Part shown: positions 49,201-63,421 of the stretch, piece after piece
Numbering within the stretch: position 1 is the stretch's first letter
Layout: each line of letters opens with the position of its first letter
From: Macrostomum lignano
Lineage: Eukaryota
Assembly (NCBI GenBank): GCA_002269645.1
Contig: NIVC01000822.1
Location: forward strand, 248,001 to 312,000
Direction: 5' to 3'
Length of the DNA stretch: 64,000 nucleotides
Translations under genes and position numbers: made by a program
Notes under the pieces: model-generated
Seen by the model: only the letters and a program-made list of their open reading frames with translations
Database searches by the model: none
What the model was told of the DNA's origin: nothing

Positions 49201-49794
49201 GTTTCTGTGATTTCCTCTGTGAATTCACTTGATAGGGAGAGCACTATTTGGTTGTGGTCGCTAAAGTAGGTGTGGTTCTTTACTTTAAAGTCTTCGAGGT
49301 GTTGGAGTAAGCTGGTAGAGACGAAACAGAGATCTATAACAGAGGAACCAGATTTTGAGAGAAAGGTGAATTCACCATTTGTGTCTGATAGTGATCTACC
49401 ATTGATTAGATGCAGGTTGTATGAGTCAGTAATCTGGTTAAGTAGTCTACCATTTTTGCAGTTTTTCTTGTCTTGGCTTTGTCTAGTAAGTGAGATGTTT
49501 TTTGCTCTGGTGGTATATATTGAATTTAAATCTATGTATGAGGTATTGCTTATATGAGCATTGAAGTCTCCAATAAGGAAGATGTTTTCTTCGGAGTGAT
49601 AAGCATCTAGGAGAATTGTTAGCTGTTCTCAATTTTCTTCTTCATAATATTTTGAAGACAGTGGGGGTATATAGGAGTTTATTAAGGTGAAGTTTTTGTT
49701 TTTATCCTTTTTGTGTTTAAAATTTAGCGTCAAGAAGTTTTTATAATGTTTGAATGATTCTGTAACATTGTATTGTGTATCTAGTGACTTTTTT
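46219..49794 (-). mobile_element. 5'-truncated APE-RT non-LTR retrotransposon (RTE-X/CR1-group-like; clade not certain) with (TAC)7 tail
   Basis: Minus strand: APE NSYIPP and IFLIGDFNAH. RT KAPGHD, NYRGICI, QYGFK, FFDYEKAFDS and frameshifted GVLQGNPLS; the YADD region is deleted. Then YGCELWG and C-terminal CKMC...HYLTEC. (GTA)7 on + at 46219-46239. Confidence 0.9.
46351..46508. repeat. 158-bp direct repeat copy A (within the LINE 3' UTR)
   Basis: Aligns without gaps to 49795-49952, 4 mismatches. Confidence 0.95.
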
Positions 49795-49952
49795 GAGTTA
49801 TTGTAAAAGATAAAGTATTTGAAAGCGCGCCAGAATTTTTACGGTATTTTTGGACGAAAAGTGACGACTAACAACTAACAACGAGTATAAATATTAATGC
49901 AAAAATGAGTACGAATTACGAGGTATAGCTTTAATTGTGAGATTACTTTGGT
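49795..49952. repeat. 158-bp direct repeat copy B (at the LINE 5' truncation point)
   Basis: Aligns to 46351-46508 and abuts the truncated APE coding sequence. Confidence 0.95.
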
Positions 49953-50944
49953 TACGATAAGGTGCGAATTTGGCGTGCGGTTGGGCGCGGTTGCGTGAGC
50001 TTGAATTGCCGCCGGCTCAGAGTTTGCCCGAATAAAGCCGGAAAATCGCGCAGTCGAATCTCAACGAATTTTCTCCTGTATGCTCCGTCTGCAGGGTCCT
50101 CAGTTCCGGGGGAGGGTATTCATAATCATAGTCGAGCGGTCTTCGTTAGGCACGGTTCAAACTTGGGTTCTTAGACACCGTAAATTCAATGTACGTCATA
50201 AATTTGTTGATGCTTACTAAGAGCAAGGACTACTAGACTATAACGAAGTGTTTCTAATGGTCCTTGACTAAGAGTAGCGTATCGCTTCCACCACCGTAGT
50301 TTATGTATTACAGAACGTTATTTTCTTAGAGCTCGCTTAGAGATGAGATAAATTGGTTGTTTTACGCCCCACGGGCAAACTACTATAGGTAATTCTATGG
50401 GCTTTTGACCAAAGAATAAATATTAATTTTAACGGTTATTATTAGTATTATTATTTATATTATTATTATTATTATTATTACTAATATTATTATGAATAAA
50501 TAAAGTAAAAATCGTGGTCTTTTTTAATTTTGCGCATTTTGGGTGTTTACGTAGCGTCATGTCATGCCAGCAGTTATTCAACTTGCAAAAAATCTTTTCG
50601 CTAAATAGACTAAGAGTATACGTGTGTATGTCAACTTAAGTGCATTTTGGAATGACAAGTCAATAAACATGAGAACCCGCAATCCTAAGAATTAGTTAAT
50701 ATATATCTGAAATGAAAAATAAAATTAAAGCCGTCAATAAAAGGCCCTATGAAAGGGCTTCTTCCCCAAAAGGGATAAAAGTGAAAAGATGGTGATTTCA
50801 CATGTGAACTAAACTAGTTTCTCAATTGGAAGTGGCGGCCAATTGAACAGGTTTCTCTATCGGACCTTACCTGATCCATAAAAGAGAGAATAGTCATTGA
50901 AAGCCGGATAACTCTATCCTAATACGTCTCCCGAATGGGATACA

Positions 50945-50995
50945 TCTACCTATCTTTAACTATAAGAATGAAAACTGTCTGTCTGTCTGTCTAGG

Positions 50996-51032
<37 letters not shown>

Positions 51033-51035
51033 AGG

Positions 51036-51084
<49 letters not shown>

Positions 51085-51100
51085 GTCTGTCTGTCTGCGA
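50945..51100 (+). mobile_element. 5' end of a second, non-autonomous Helitron with a (CTGT)n microsatellite
   Basis: A|TCTACCTATCTTTAACTATAAGAATGAAAA followed by (CTGT)n at about 50975-51097, the same layout as the 19129 Helitron 5' end. Confidence 0.6.
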
Positions 51101-51299
51101 CCTAGGGATGGGTAAACCTCATCAGACAGTGGTTGCCGTCAGGGTTGCTGCCCTCTTTGGCGAGAGAATCCGCGAGCCTCGTTGCCCAGGATATTGCTTT
51201 GACCGGGTATCCAGATACATGTAATTCTAATCCTGTTAAGGAGTGAGAGAGATTGCACACTGCAGTGACATTGAGATACCGTTGCAGCGGAGATTTTTT

Positions 51300-53700
<2,401 letters not shown>

Positions 53701-53842
53701 ATGAACGGCGCTGTGCTCTTCTAAAGCTAGTCTCTGTTTTTTTCATCGAGACAGCCCCTAAGCCACTTATGTGCCTTAGCCTCTCTCTTTTCCTTATCTA
53801 GCGAGATCTAGAAAAAATGCCGGTTTTAACATTGACTAACTT

Positions 53843-54480
53843 TTGGCTACTACCCCGCGGATGCTTACCCCAAGTGGGGGAAGCTTTACTCCCACTGGCG
53901 GAGAAATTGGTGGTGATACCAACGATAGCGAGGCCCCTAGCAGTGTTCGCAGGTGGCAGCAGCCAGATGACAGCACGGTTACCCCTCAGAGCACGAAGCA
54001 CTCCAAGGGTAGGGAGACGGCCAGTTCCTACGCCAAGGTGGCAACTGAGCCCCTCAACAAAATCCTAGTAGTTGGACACTGAACGATGCTCAGATGAATG
54101 GCGCCGTCGCTCATGTCGACTTCCTCTGGCACAATGGGAGCAACTCGAAGTTGAAGTCGAGTCTATTAAGTTCTTTAATGGTAATCTTGTCCTCGCCCTC
54201 AAGAGCGAGGATCAGCTTAACATCGCCTTAGCGAACCTCCCCAGCATCGACTGGGGTACTACCAAGACACAGCTCCCGGAGCTGGTCATTGAGAAAGCTC
54301 GCCCATCGCCTCCCTGTAAGAGAACGATCGAGGAAATCCGCGGTCGTCTGGTCACCAAGCACCCCAAGTTGCCGGCGGACACATACAGAGGAACGGTCAC
54401 ACTGACTACGTTGGAGCGTGGAATATAATCTTCTACCTCATCCCGAGGAGGAAGCGCAAAACAACGGTGGGCAGCGCCGG
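53843..54480 (+). pseudogene. LINE ORF1 (gag-like) fragment in the orientation opposite to the 51300-53700 pieces
   Basis: ...SSYAKVATEPLNKILVV... (SYA motif typical of LINE ORF1), then VESIKFFNGNLVLAL. Disrupted. Confidence 0.5.
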
Positions 54481-54506
54481 GATGACTCATTCAGGAGCTC
54501 TACACT

Positions 54507-54728
54507 GTGCGAGGTAATTGCGAGGTTTGCCATTGCATGACCATAAATATAGCCCGACAGTCGCTAAAGATGTCACCCTGCTTCTCGCATGGCCAACTTT
54601 ATGTTGCATGCTCACGCGTTGGAACTGCAGCTGGCCTCTTCATCTTTGAACCCCCTGGGAAAACAAGGAATTTGATTCTTTCTGATGTCTTGCAACTTAC
54701 TCAGCTTAGTTTCTCTAAGAATGCTTAA
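54507..54728 (+). pseudogene. Helitron PIF1 helicase C-terminal remnant
   Basis: CMTINIARQSL...PCFSHGQLYVACSRVG...GKTRN matches helicase motifs V/VI, parallel to 25000-25170. Confidence 0.85.
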
Positions 54729-54822
54729 ACGGTATAATTAATTAATTTTCTCCTTTTACTTAGACCAAAAGCGTAGCCAGGATTTCTGATAGGGGGGGGG
54801 GGGGGGAGGGCACGTCTCAGGT

Positions 54823-54902
54823 GGCGCCAAGCCTGCTGGAAAGTTGGGGGCGCCAAGCCTGCTGGAAAGTTGGGGGCGCCAAGCCTGCTGGAAATGGGCG
54901 CC
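54823..54902. repeat. 26-bp tandem repeat x3 following a GCGTAGCCAGGATTT-poly(G) motif
   Basis: GGCGCCAAGCCTGCTGGAAAGTTGGG at 54823, 54849 and 54875. Confidence 0.85.
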
Positions 54903-57756
54903 ACATGCTTTAATTGCCAGCTGATTTTTTTATTATTCTTCAAATCTCTGGAAAGATTTGACGTGTGTTTAATAACAGAAGTGCCCCTTCCTGGACGTGA
55001 TTAGCCTACTAAATATTCACGTCTTTACATTCTTAAATCATTCTCATAAACTTAAATTTATTAAGTTATTTCATTTTTAATTTTAAATTGAGTTTAAGGC
55101 TTCTCACCTTTCCCAAGGTAGGGTAGAAGACAACACGTGATCGGGTGGATTTTATGGGTTTCGATCTCAGTCAATAGATCGAGTCAAATCTAGCCGATCA
55201 TACCGAGCTCATCTAATTATAGCAAAGCCGCTTTGTCTACTAGAAAAATTTGGCGCGCTTTATAACAAATCGGTCGACAGAAATGTTATTCATCGCGGCG
55301 GCTCGAGGCCCGCCCCTCTCGTCAGACGGTTTTGCCAAAGCTCTGATCCTGCGGTCCTCCCATCTGACGCCGCTTCCTCCCAAGACTTCAGTCTTGCAGC
55401 TCCAAATCGTTACCACGTCAACGACCAAGTCTTCCCGGTTCAACATCATCAGCGAACAGTGAGAAGCGACATGAACATCCACACCGATCTCAGCTGCGTT
55501 CTGTCTAGAAGCCTCCGCGGCCGTTACTGCGGTCACCAGCAGGTTGAGAATCTGATTTGGTTGGGTTAGAGGCTAATAGTACTTTAAACTTGTTTGATTG
55601 GATGCAAACCTCGCCGGACCCTTCTCCCGAAACTCGGGGCCCACAGCGATAGCTTTTGCAAATATTTATTTTTATTACGTGTACACACCGTAATGCTTAA
55701 GCAGAGCAGTCACACGACCCTCCGAGACCCTAACTGGTAAGTTAATTCTTACATTAAATAAGCTGCTTGACACTTACATTTACATGACTGGCACGAATTC
55801 AGATTCACATTCAGCTTAGCTGCTCATCTGAGCTCAGCGAATCAAATGAAGAAAACAAAATTAATTATCAGATCAGATTTGATTTTTTACTAAACTCGCA
55901 AGCACTCAAATTGGTTCAAGCGAGTGAGTTGAGTGCTGACACTGCACAGTTCCGCCTCGAAAAGTTCTGCATATGAAAGCAACCAAGCAAAGTTCAATGC
56001 GACCGTACCCAATCAAGCTACTGAGCGGGGCCAGAGCTTTGTAAAGACTACTCCCAGCTAAGCAGGTTCAAGTAGCAACTCAACCAACCAATCGGAAACT
56101 CGGACTGCCGGTGGCCAAAGAATCCTAAGACAGCAAGCACCATGCAGACTCGTTGCTCATAGGTCGTCCAACTCCCGATGATGATCCAGCAGTTGATGCC
56201 AGAGATGATTTCCTCTAACTTGATGTTGCTCGATGGGGAAGATGTCGCAATTCAGGGGATCAGGATGGAGTCAGAAGATGTGGGGAAAAAGGTCGCTGAA
56301 GGAAAACACACACGTTTCCGGAGGGTTCCGAAAAATTGAGTTCCGAGCAGGAAAATCTGTGGTTTAAATAGCTGCCAACTGGGATGGCGATTTGTTTTAC
56401 CGGAACACGCCGATTCTGATTGGCCGGGCTTGTTGCCACCCGAACCTTAAATGCCCAAAGATCTTTTCAGGTCCTTCCTAGAAACCCGAAGAATGTGAAA
56501 ACACGTTGGCCACAAGTCACGCAGTTTCTATAAAGACTGCTTTATACATGTAAGTTTTAGCAATTTCTAGTATACAATTGATGTTAAAAATATATGCATA
56601 GAATCGAAAGCAATGAAGAGATTGCAGTGGGAATATCCTCGAGAAGATCAGAATTAAAATGAATATCCTTTTAAATGTAAGGGCACAGTTGTGAGAATGT
56701 CAAATCTCATGATGGATTGTTAAAAATGAGAAAAGCGCGCGATTCACTTGGTTCGCCTACAGACTCGCGGGCCCGCATCCCAGGTAGCCGCTTAATACTT
56801 CGTATACATCAACATCTTGATAATTTAAAGCCTCAAAAAGATGCAACAGCATAAAATCTTAAAACCTTCAAGATAGAACATTAAATAGAAAAGATTGGAT
56901 AGACATGGGATAAGCATGGGAGTAGAAAAAGTTAAGGAGAAACCATATAGCCATCTAGCAGTAGAATACATGGCACTGAGTGAAAGGTATGCGCAGACAT
57001 TGTACCTGAGCTATACGAGCGTAAATCCGTCGTAATCAAATTCTAAAATCTGTTTCTAAATTATTAGTCCTTTATCAAATTTATGTTGAAAATGAAACAG
57101 GCACCCGATTCGATGCGCTGAATTTGCGTGGTTCCAGCCTTTACTTTGACTTCGAGGTCCCAGCTAGCTGAACGCAAAAATGTAAATTTAAATTTGTTTT
57201 ACATCTGTTGTCTATCTATTTACCATTAATTAACCTTTTCGCGCCGGAGCTAGAAATACAAAAGCTCCTTTCCTGCCGACATGATCAGCAGGGCTGGCCA
57301 TAGACTATAGCTAGAATCTTAATGCGCCGCTGCGCAAAGCCTTTCTAGCCGAGAAGGGAGCATTTTATACTTGGCTTGGACAAATCTTGGGTCGAAAAAA
57401 GCAGTTTCAAAGTGCATTTTACTTAATGCTCTCTGTATAGATTATGCAGTAGCTGTACACTCGATGTCTAGCGATAGACACTGCAGTTCACTTTAAAATC
57501 TGCAAACAGGCCTTTTTGAAAGAGAAAGCAAAATCCTCCTTAATACGAGTAGTGCATCATTTTATTTAAAAGTAAATCAGCTACAACCATGGACATTTTG
57601 CATACATCGGATTATGATACTGACGATGTCATCACAGAGAATGCTGAAACCGAGTCGCTGCATTCCATTGCAGATAAGTAGGACATTTTTCACCGTTTAT
57701 CGTATGATCAGCGCTGCTGAACATTGCTCGGCAGGAACGGCTACTGTGAAGCTCAT

Positions 57757-58618
57757 TGTGACGTTGCTAGTATAAGTGGTCCCGCAAAAGGGCCGTTGGA
57801 CTGTAGTTTCCGTTGCAATTTCTCATTTTAATTTCTCCAATAGTTTATTTTAACGTTTACTTGTAGTAGCGTGCAAATAATCTGTATCAATGGCTAATTC
57901 ACTGTGTATTTGGTAGGCCTTGCGTTCGTTTGTAAATTTTAGCACGATCGATAATTTCAAGTTCTCTCGCCAGCCAATGAAAACTCTCCGCGTGTATATT
58001 GCTAGCCCTCTGCGCTCTTTATTAACCCCCGCCTGGCGGCGGGCTGGGGGGCCTTCACCTTTCTCTCCCTTGGCTCTCTCTTTGCTTTCTCTTTGCTTTC
58101 TTGCGGCCCTTGTGTTTTCGTCTCGTTTTCCTTCTCTCTCGCCTGGCTGCCTCGAGCCTCCTTATCTCCCGCCACGGCTCCTCTGTCTGGGCCAGCCTGT
58201 TTACACTCTGTACTCCACTGTGTACTGCCACGGCTAACGCCAATCTCACCGTTACTTATCTGCCTGTCTACTTACTACTCACTGCCTCCACTGTGCTCAT
58301 CGCCATCACTCACTACGTTGCGTCGCCATTGTATCCTTCGCCTGCCACTCGACTTCATATTCTAATCACTTCAAAACCATTGTTGCAGCCGCCAGTGCCC
58401 AGAACACTATAAGTTTTGTATTGACATTGACCAGTCTAATATTGATCTCGACAATAAATTAACTACGGCAGTTTCCTGCCCTTATACGCCAAGTGCTCCG
58501 CTACACAATCCGCTTTGCAAGAATTGACTTTGATTCATTTTGGGACTACAACAACTTACGACAATTCTCGTCAAACGGCCCTTTTAAGGGTCATAACCTC
58601 TACGCCAATAACGTGACA
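57757..58618 (+). mobile_element. Solo LTR (862 bp), family copy 2
   Basis: Same termini and body as 3306-4160. Flanks CTCAT / CTCAA suggest a near-perfect local TSD. Confidence 0.85.
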
Positions 58619-59708
58619 CTCAACTTTTCTTTTACCATAGACTCCAAAAATTACCAGCAGTAAAGGCTGTTGGTCCATGGTCAGCTCTGCTCTGCTGACC
58701 ATCCGGCAGCTTAAAGTTAAAATAAACAAAAACTTGGAGTAAGAAGCACCAAATCCAATTGAAAAAAGCAAATAGGGGCGAATTAGATTGCCAACCTTTA
58801 CTAAGCTGGCTTCGAAAAGGAGTGCAAACTGAACGCGTTTATTATTTTTGCTTGCGGTCGAGCGAGATAAATAAGCCCTTGAAGCTCAACCAATCTGGAT
58901 AAGCATAAGTATGACTAAATAAAGTTGCTAAATTGTCTGTGTCGATATTTATAGCCCCCGCAGCACGAACGTGCAATAGGGTATTTAAAAATAATAAAGC
59001 CAAACTTTTCCGCTTCCAGTTAAACCCCCAATAATCAGATTTTTAAACGTAGAAAAAATACACATGACAAACAGAAGTGAAATTATGGGGCAATAAACTG
59101 CAAACAAGCCTGGAAAGTGCGGAGAGGTCATGAAAATATTCTGGATAAACACATGAAATAAATTTGGCTATTAGAATAGAAAAATAAAAATATGCTCGAA
59201 AATAACTTTAACATAAGAAAACACTCAAATGTGACGCATTATTGTTGGCGTAAAGATACAAAATTTTAATTTGTTTTGCTGTACTCTTAATGAAAAGCAG
59301 CAGCAATTTGCTAGAAGGGAACATCTGGAAATAAATCAACGATTAACGTACATATACGAAAATTCTATTTAAAAGGGTTTCTTTACTTTAATCTCAACTT
59401 TAGGCAGGCAAGAATTGAACAAATTTTATTAGAAATAAGCAATTAATTCGAGAATTCTTCATGGCTATTGAATTCGGTGCAGAAAAATCTAAGCTCGACA
59501 CTGCAGATGTTGAAATGATTTAACCAGACACAATAGCGATTAGATAGTGGTGGCCATTATCCCTCAGTACTATACTCATATACAACAGTTCCATAAAAAT
59601 GATGGTGAAAACTTGATGGTAGATGTTTTTAAGAAAAAACTTAGCTTAGCTTAGGACCAAAATTTGCGCTATTCTGTCCTATTTTAACAGAAAAGCACAA
59701 ATAGTTCA

Positions 59709-60863
59709 TTAACGAACGACGCCGAGGAAGGAAGGCAAAGGCACGACACGGGCGAGGAAGACGAACCCGGGCGGAACAGGCCAAACACCAAACAATAGGA
59801 GAGGAGGCGAGGGGGAAGCAGTCAGTAAAACAGAAAATTTGACTTGGGCGGCAGCCGCCAAAGCTCCCACAACACGCCGAGAGCCGCCCGAGAGCGGCAG
59901 GTAGCGCAGAACGGCGTTGCTGCGCCAGCCACCGAGCTGCTTTACGTCGTCGACCGAGAGGCCCGCCTCAAATGCGTGGCAGGCGTCGCCACGTCGCATC
60001 GAGTGACCGGAGAACTGGCAGGATGGCACCCCTGCGGCGTCAAGGGAGCGGCCAAGCATTCGGTTAAAACCCGGAGCTGACATGGCACGCCGACCGCGGC
60101 TACAGCGGAAGCTGAACAGTGGCCAGTCGGGTGTCGTGGTCGGGCAGATGCCGTTGCTCGATAGGTGTTTAGAGAGTGCCTCCGCCGGGCAGAGCGGATG
60201 TCCTCTGGCCAGTCTTGGCAGCTGGACATACTGGTCCCGTTGCCCCAGCTGATTGGTTTTGGACACCCGGATGCGGAGCCGGGCTCCGTCGGTGTTCCAC
60301 TGCAGGTCACTTGCGCAGGCCAATGAGCGCGGTGAGAACAGGTTGGCGTATCTGAGCAGGCCGAAGAAGCCACACAGCAGGGCGGCCCAAAAGCAGCGTT
60401 GCGCTGGGCTGAGTGGCTGGCAGGCTTGGTAAATGCGCAATAGGACCTTTTTGGACAGCGGCTTCGCTGTTCGGCACTGCTGTATTGCCGCTCGCTGGCG
60501 TTTGGCACCTCGCACTGCCAGTTGCACGATAGCGCCGGTGGTCGGGTCTGGCCGGTTCGCCAGTCGATGAGCCCAGCTGATGACGGCCAGGGCGTGCTGG
60601 ACTGCCGAGTCGCCAACCTGCCCGTCGTGGTGCAGAAATCCCACGAAGGCGGCAACTTCAAAGCCAGGCGCGTTTGACGGGCAGGTGCCCCGTCGTTTGC
60701 AGAAGCCCTCACAGCGTGAGAAGACGTGTCGGTATGCGTCGCGCGTTCTTGGTGCCCAAGCGGCGCGGAGCAGAGAGCGGAGCGGCCCGGTGACGCGGTA
60801 AGGCGGCAGCACCGGACCTGAAACAAAAGCAAAAGCGCAGAGCAGAAACTGGCAGCATGACAA
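59709..60863 (-). CDS. Tyrosine recombinase (open 384-aa frame; true start probably a little downstream)
   Basis: Catalytic set FFGLLRYANL (R), RVSKTNQ (K), SGHSMRRGDA (HxxR) and QLGGWRSNAVLRYL (W and Y). Confidence 0.9.
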   Translation of the reverse strand: MSCCQFLLCAFAFVSGPVLPPYRVTGPLRSLLRAAWAPRTRDAYRHVFSRCEGFCKRRGTCPSNAPGFEVAAFVGFLHHDGQVGDSAVQHALAVISWAHRLANRPDPTTGAIVQLAVRGAKRQRAAIQQCRTAKPLSKKVLLRIYQACQPLSPAQRCFWAALLCGFFGLLRYANLFSPRSLACASDLQWNTDGARLRIRVSKTNQLGQRDQYVQLPRLARGHPLCPAEALSKHLSSNGICPTTTPDWPLFSFRCSRGRRAMSAPGFNRMLGRSLDAAGVPSCQFSGHSMRRGDACHAFEAGLSVDDVKQLGGWRSNAVLRYLPLSGGSRRVVGALAAAAQVKFSVLLTASPSPPLLLFGVWPVPPGFVFLARVVPLPSFLGVVR

Positions 60864-62480
60864 GCAAATTCGGCGGCGGAGAAATTCTCGAGGCCGCCGT
60901 ACATGCGAAAAGCAAAATTCAGGAGGCCTTCGCGAGTATGGAGTCTAGAACCCGGGTCACTAAACACTTGGAAAGCGCCAGGGACATGAAAGGCCCTGAT
61001 CTCGACGTTACGCCGCATGCAGAGGAGTGCAACAGTCTTCATGACTTCGTTGACCTGCTGACAGCCGGAGGACAGCCGGTTGATGAGGCCCGCCGCGGCG
61101 CTGCTGTCGGTGTACACGGTAATCTTGGCGTGTTCAAACGCGTCCGGCTGGCGCAGGGTGCACAACAAAGGGGCCAGCGCTTCTTTGAAGTTGATGTGCA
61201 GCCCGCTAAAAGCAACTCCAGCGTCCAGCTGCCAATTCACGTACAATCGACACCGCCGTTCTCCCGGATGACGCAGCATGCGCCCTCGAGGCATGAGTCG
61301 GATTCGATGACAATCCGCCGGGAGAACTGCGGCCAGATGGGCGCGCTGAAGAGAGTGGAAACATCTTGTCTCCACCAGTTCAGGGTGCGCCTAAGACCGT
61401 TGGATACCGGAATACGACCTCCGTCGTGCTGGTCGCACAGCTTCAGCAGATCGCGTAGGAAAGGGCGCGCGCGCCTAGCAACGGTGCAGAACCAACTGAG
61501 CTTGCCGAACAGTCGTTGTAGCTTCTTGCTGGTGATGACGCTTTTTGCGCTACAGTCCTCAATCAGCTCTGTCAGGGCAAGGCGCTTGTCGGCCGGCAGG
61601 TTCATCTTGCCTGTGCGCGTGTCAAGCTCGACACCCAGGAAGATGAGGCGTTGGCTGGGTGGGACGACCTTTTGCCAGTTGACTTCAAAGCCGAGCTCCT
61701 GGACCAGAGTCAGCAGGCACTCCTATGCTGCAGAGCACTCACTCTTGGTTGGGGTCGTGACGGCCCAGTCGTCGAGATAACCGCAGATACCATGGAAGCC
61801 GCTGCGTTGCATCGCCCGGGTGATTGCTTGCGACAACCGGTTAAAGTGGTACACCGACGCCGCGGCGCCGAAGGTAGATTGGCTGCGTGCTGTCGCTGAA
61901 CTTCCACTTGAGGCCGAGAACGTCCCAGTTGGACGGATGAACGGGCACGGCTCGGTACGCTTCCTTCAAATCAATCTTCGCAATGAAAGCCCCCGGTTGC
62001 AGCTTCGAGGTCAAGTCGCTGATCGTCTCAAATTTGATCTTGTAGGGAGCCGTGAAATGGGAGTTCACGCTGTTACCTTCCGGAGCGCTACAGTCGTGGA
62101 TGAGCCGAACATTGCCATCCGGTTTGGCGATGGCGCCGATGGCAGACACTTTCGTGGGTCTCTTCGCGACGCGTCGGTAGCGGCCTAACTCGATCTCGCG
62201 GTAAATCTGCCTTTCGACCTTACTCTCGTTCGGCTTGTTTTCGACCTCGTTTTCGACGAAAGCCGTAGTTTTCGACCTCGGATTGGCGAAATGAGTACTC
62301 GATAGTCAGGCGAAACCCCTCGTGGAGGCCTTGCATAAGAAATTCACGGTCATAATCCTCTTGAAGAACTCTAGACCAAGCAGCTAGATTCATGTCGGCG
62401 TTGTTGCTGCGAAGAGCGTCAGGGATAAAAGTGGAGTTAAAATCAGCAGGAGGCCGCGTGGGGCCGCACGCGGAGGGGTT
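60857..62480 (-). pseudogene. pol: RT/RNase H of the Ngaro-like element, frameshifted
   Basis: SAIGAIAKPDGNVRLIHDCS, KIDLKEAYRAVPV, GYLDDW (61768-61779), FLGVELDT, GKLSW, IESDS, HINFKEALA, VYTDSS, HVPG. Confidence 0.88.
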
Positions 62481-62497
62481 CGCTACCCCGCCGCTCT

Positions 62498-63421
62498 CTA
62501 GTTTCTTGACGTCGGTATCCCGCCAGTTCCGTGCCGGGACTCCGTGTGGTCCGGCTGCAAGCATATGCGGCACACGTGAGCATACTTGCAGTTTGGGAAA
62601 CGGCAGCCGGCTAGTAGGTTGAAGACACGGCAGACGGGGATGCTCTGAGCTGTCCTGGCAGTTGTCTGTGGCTTTGGCGGACGCTGCTTTGTCGCTGTTG
62701 CCTGCGGTGCTACCAGATGCCGGGCGATGAGTGAGAAGTTCTGCTGGGCCCAAGAGCACCCCGTAGAGGCTTGTGCGCGTCGAAAGCTGTCGTCAAATCG
62801 CATCACCCGAGCTGTTTCATAGCCGCAGTCGAGGAGCTCGCCGATTTGCACGTTGTATTGCAAGTATTCTGAGACTGTTTGATCCTTGAGTTGTCTCGTT
62901 TCGAGGAGATACTCGAGGATCCGGGCGTTTGCCATGATCCACTGCCCGACGGACACCGCCTCTGGTTTCATGTTGCTGCTTTTGGCTCCTCGGAGCACAA
63001 GTTGGCCCTCAGCGCGCTGGGCCAGGACGGCATCGGCCGAACGGGATGCGTCCCCGAGAAAGTCCGTGACGAGCATCACCTGTCTCTGTTGCCTAACTCT
63101 GTCTATTTGGGACTTCGAGCATTGGTCCTGGGTGGCCTCATTGTTAACAGCGCTGAGTAACTCACCAAGGTCTTCCGGGTTCTCAGATGCCGCCCGGTGG
63201 GGTTCGAGATCCTCCGACGCTTGGGCCTCTCTCCTGAGTTGTCGCTCTTTTGCCTGGTTTTCCAGCAGCCGGATGCGCCTCTCTGCAGCTTGGATTTCCG
63301 CTTGAACATCCAGGTCTGACGCCGCCTGCCGTCCTCCCGGGCCGCTCTCTGCTCTCTCGCTGGCCGTAGATGTTCGCGTCTCATCGGTGTCCTCATGGCG
63401 TGCCGATCGAAGGCCATCCAT
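62498..63421 (-). CDS. gag: gag-like ORF1 of the Ngaro-like element (307 aa, C-terminal Zn fingers, possible SAP-like N-terminus upstream)
   Basis: RVMRFDDSFRRAQA...W and CRVFNLLAGCRFPNCKYAHVCRICLQPDH. The upstream in-frame sequence reads ENGLSSSGKKAILMDGL. Confidence 0.8.
   Translation of the reverse strand: MDGLRSARHEDTDETRTSTASERAESGPGGRQAASDLDVQAEIQAAERRIRLLENQAKERQLRREAQASEDLEPHRAASENPEDLGELLSAVNNEATQDQCSKSQIDRVRQQRQVMLVTDFLGDASRSADAVLAQRAEGQLVLRGAKSSNMKPEAVSVGQWIMANARILEYLLETRQLKDQTVSEYLQYNVQIGELLDCGYETARVMRFDDSFRRAQASTGCSWAQQNFSLIARHLVAPQATATKQRPPKPQTTARTAQSIPVCRVFNLLAGCRFPNCKYAHVCRICLQPDHTESRHGTGGIPTSRN

Noticed and set aside
55240-57200. Host exons or an ncRNA in the unassigned region
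   Set aside because: Short ORFs without motifs, no consistent splice chain, and no tRNA/rRNA/snRNA signature I can recognise.
57230-57700. piggyBac left end (TTAA|CCTTTTCGCG) with an acidic ORF start at about 57589
   Set aside because: No matching right TIR and no DDD core within the window.
59709-60863. Bacterial or phage integrase acquired by horizontal transfer
   Set aside because: It overlaps the RNase H of a gag-RT-RH cassette, the standard DIRS/Ngaro layout.
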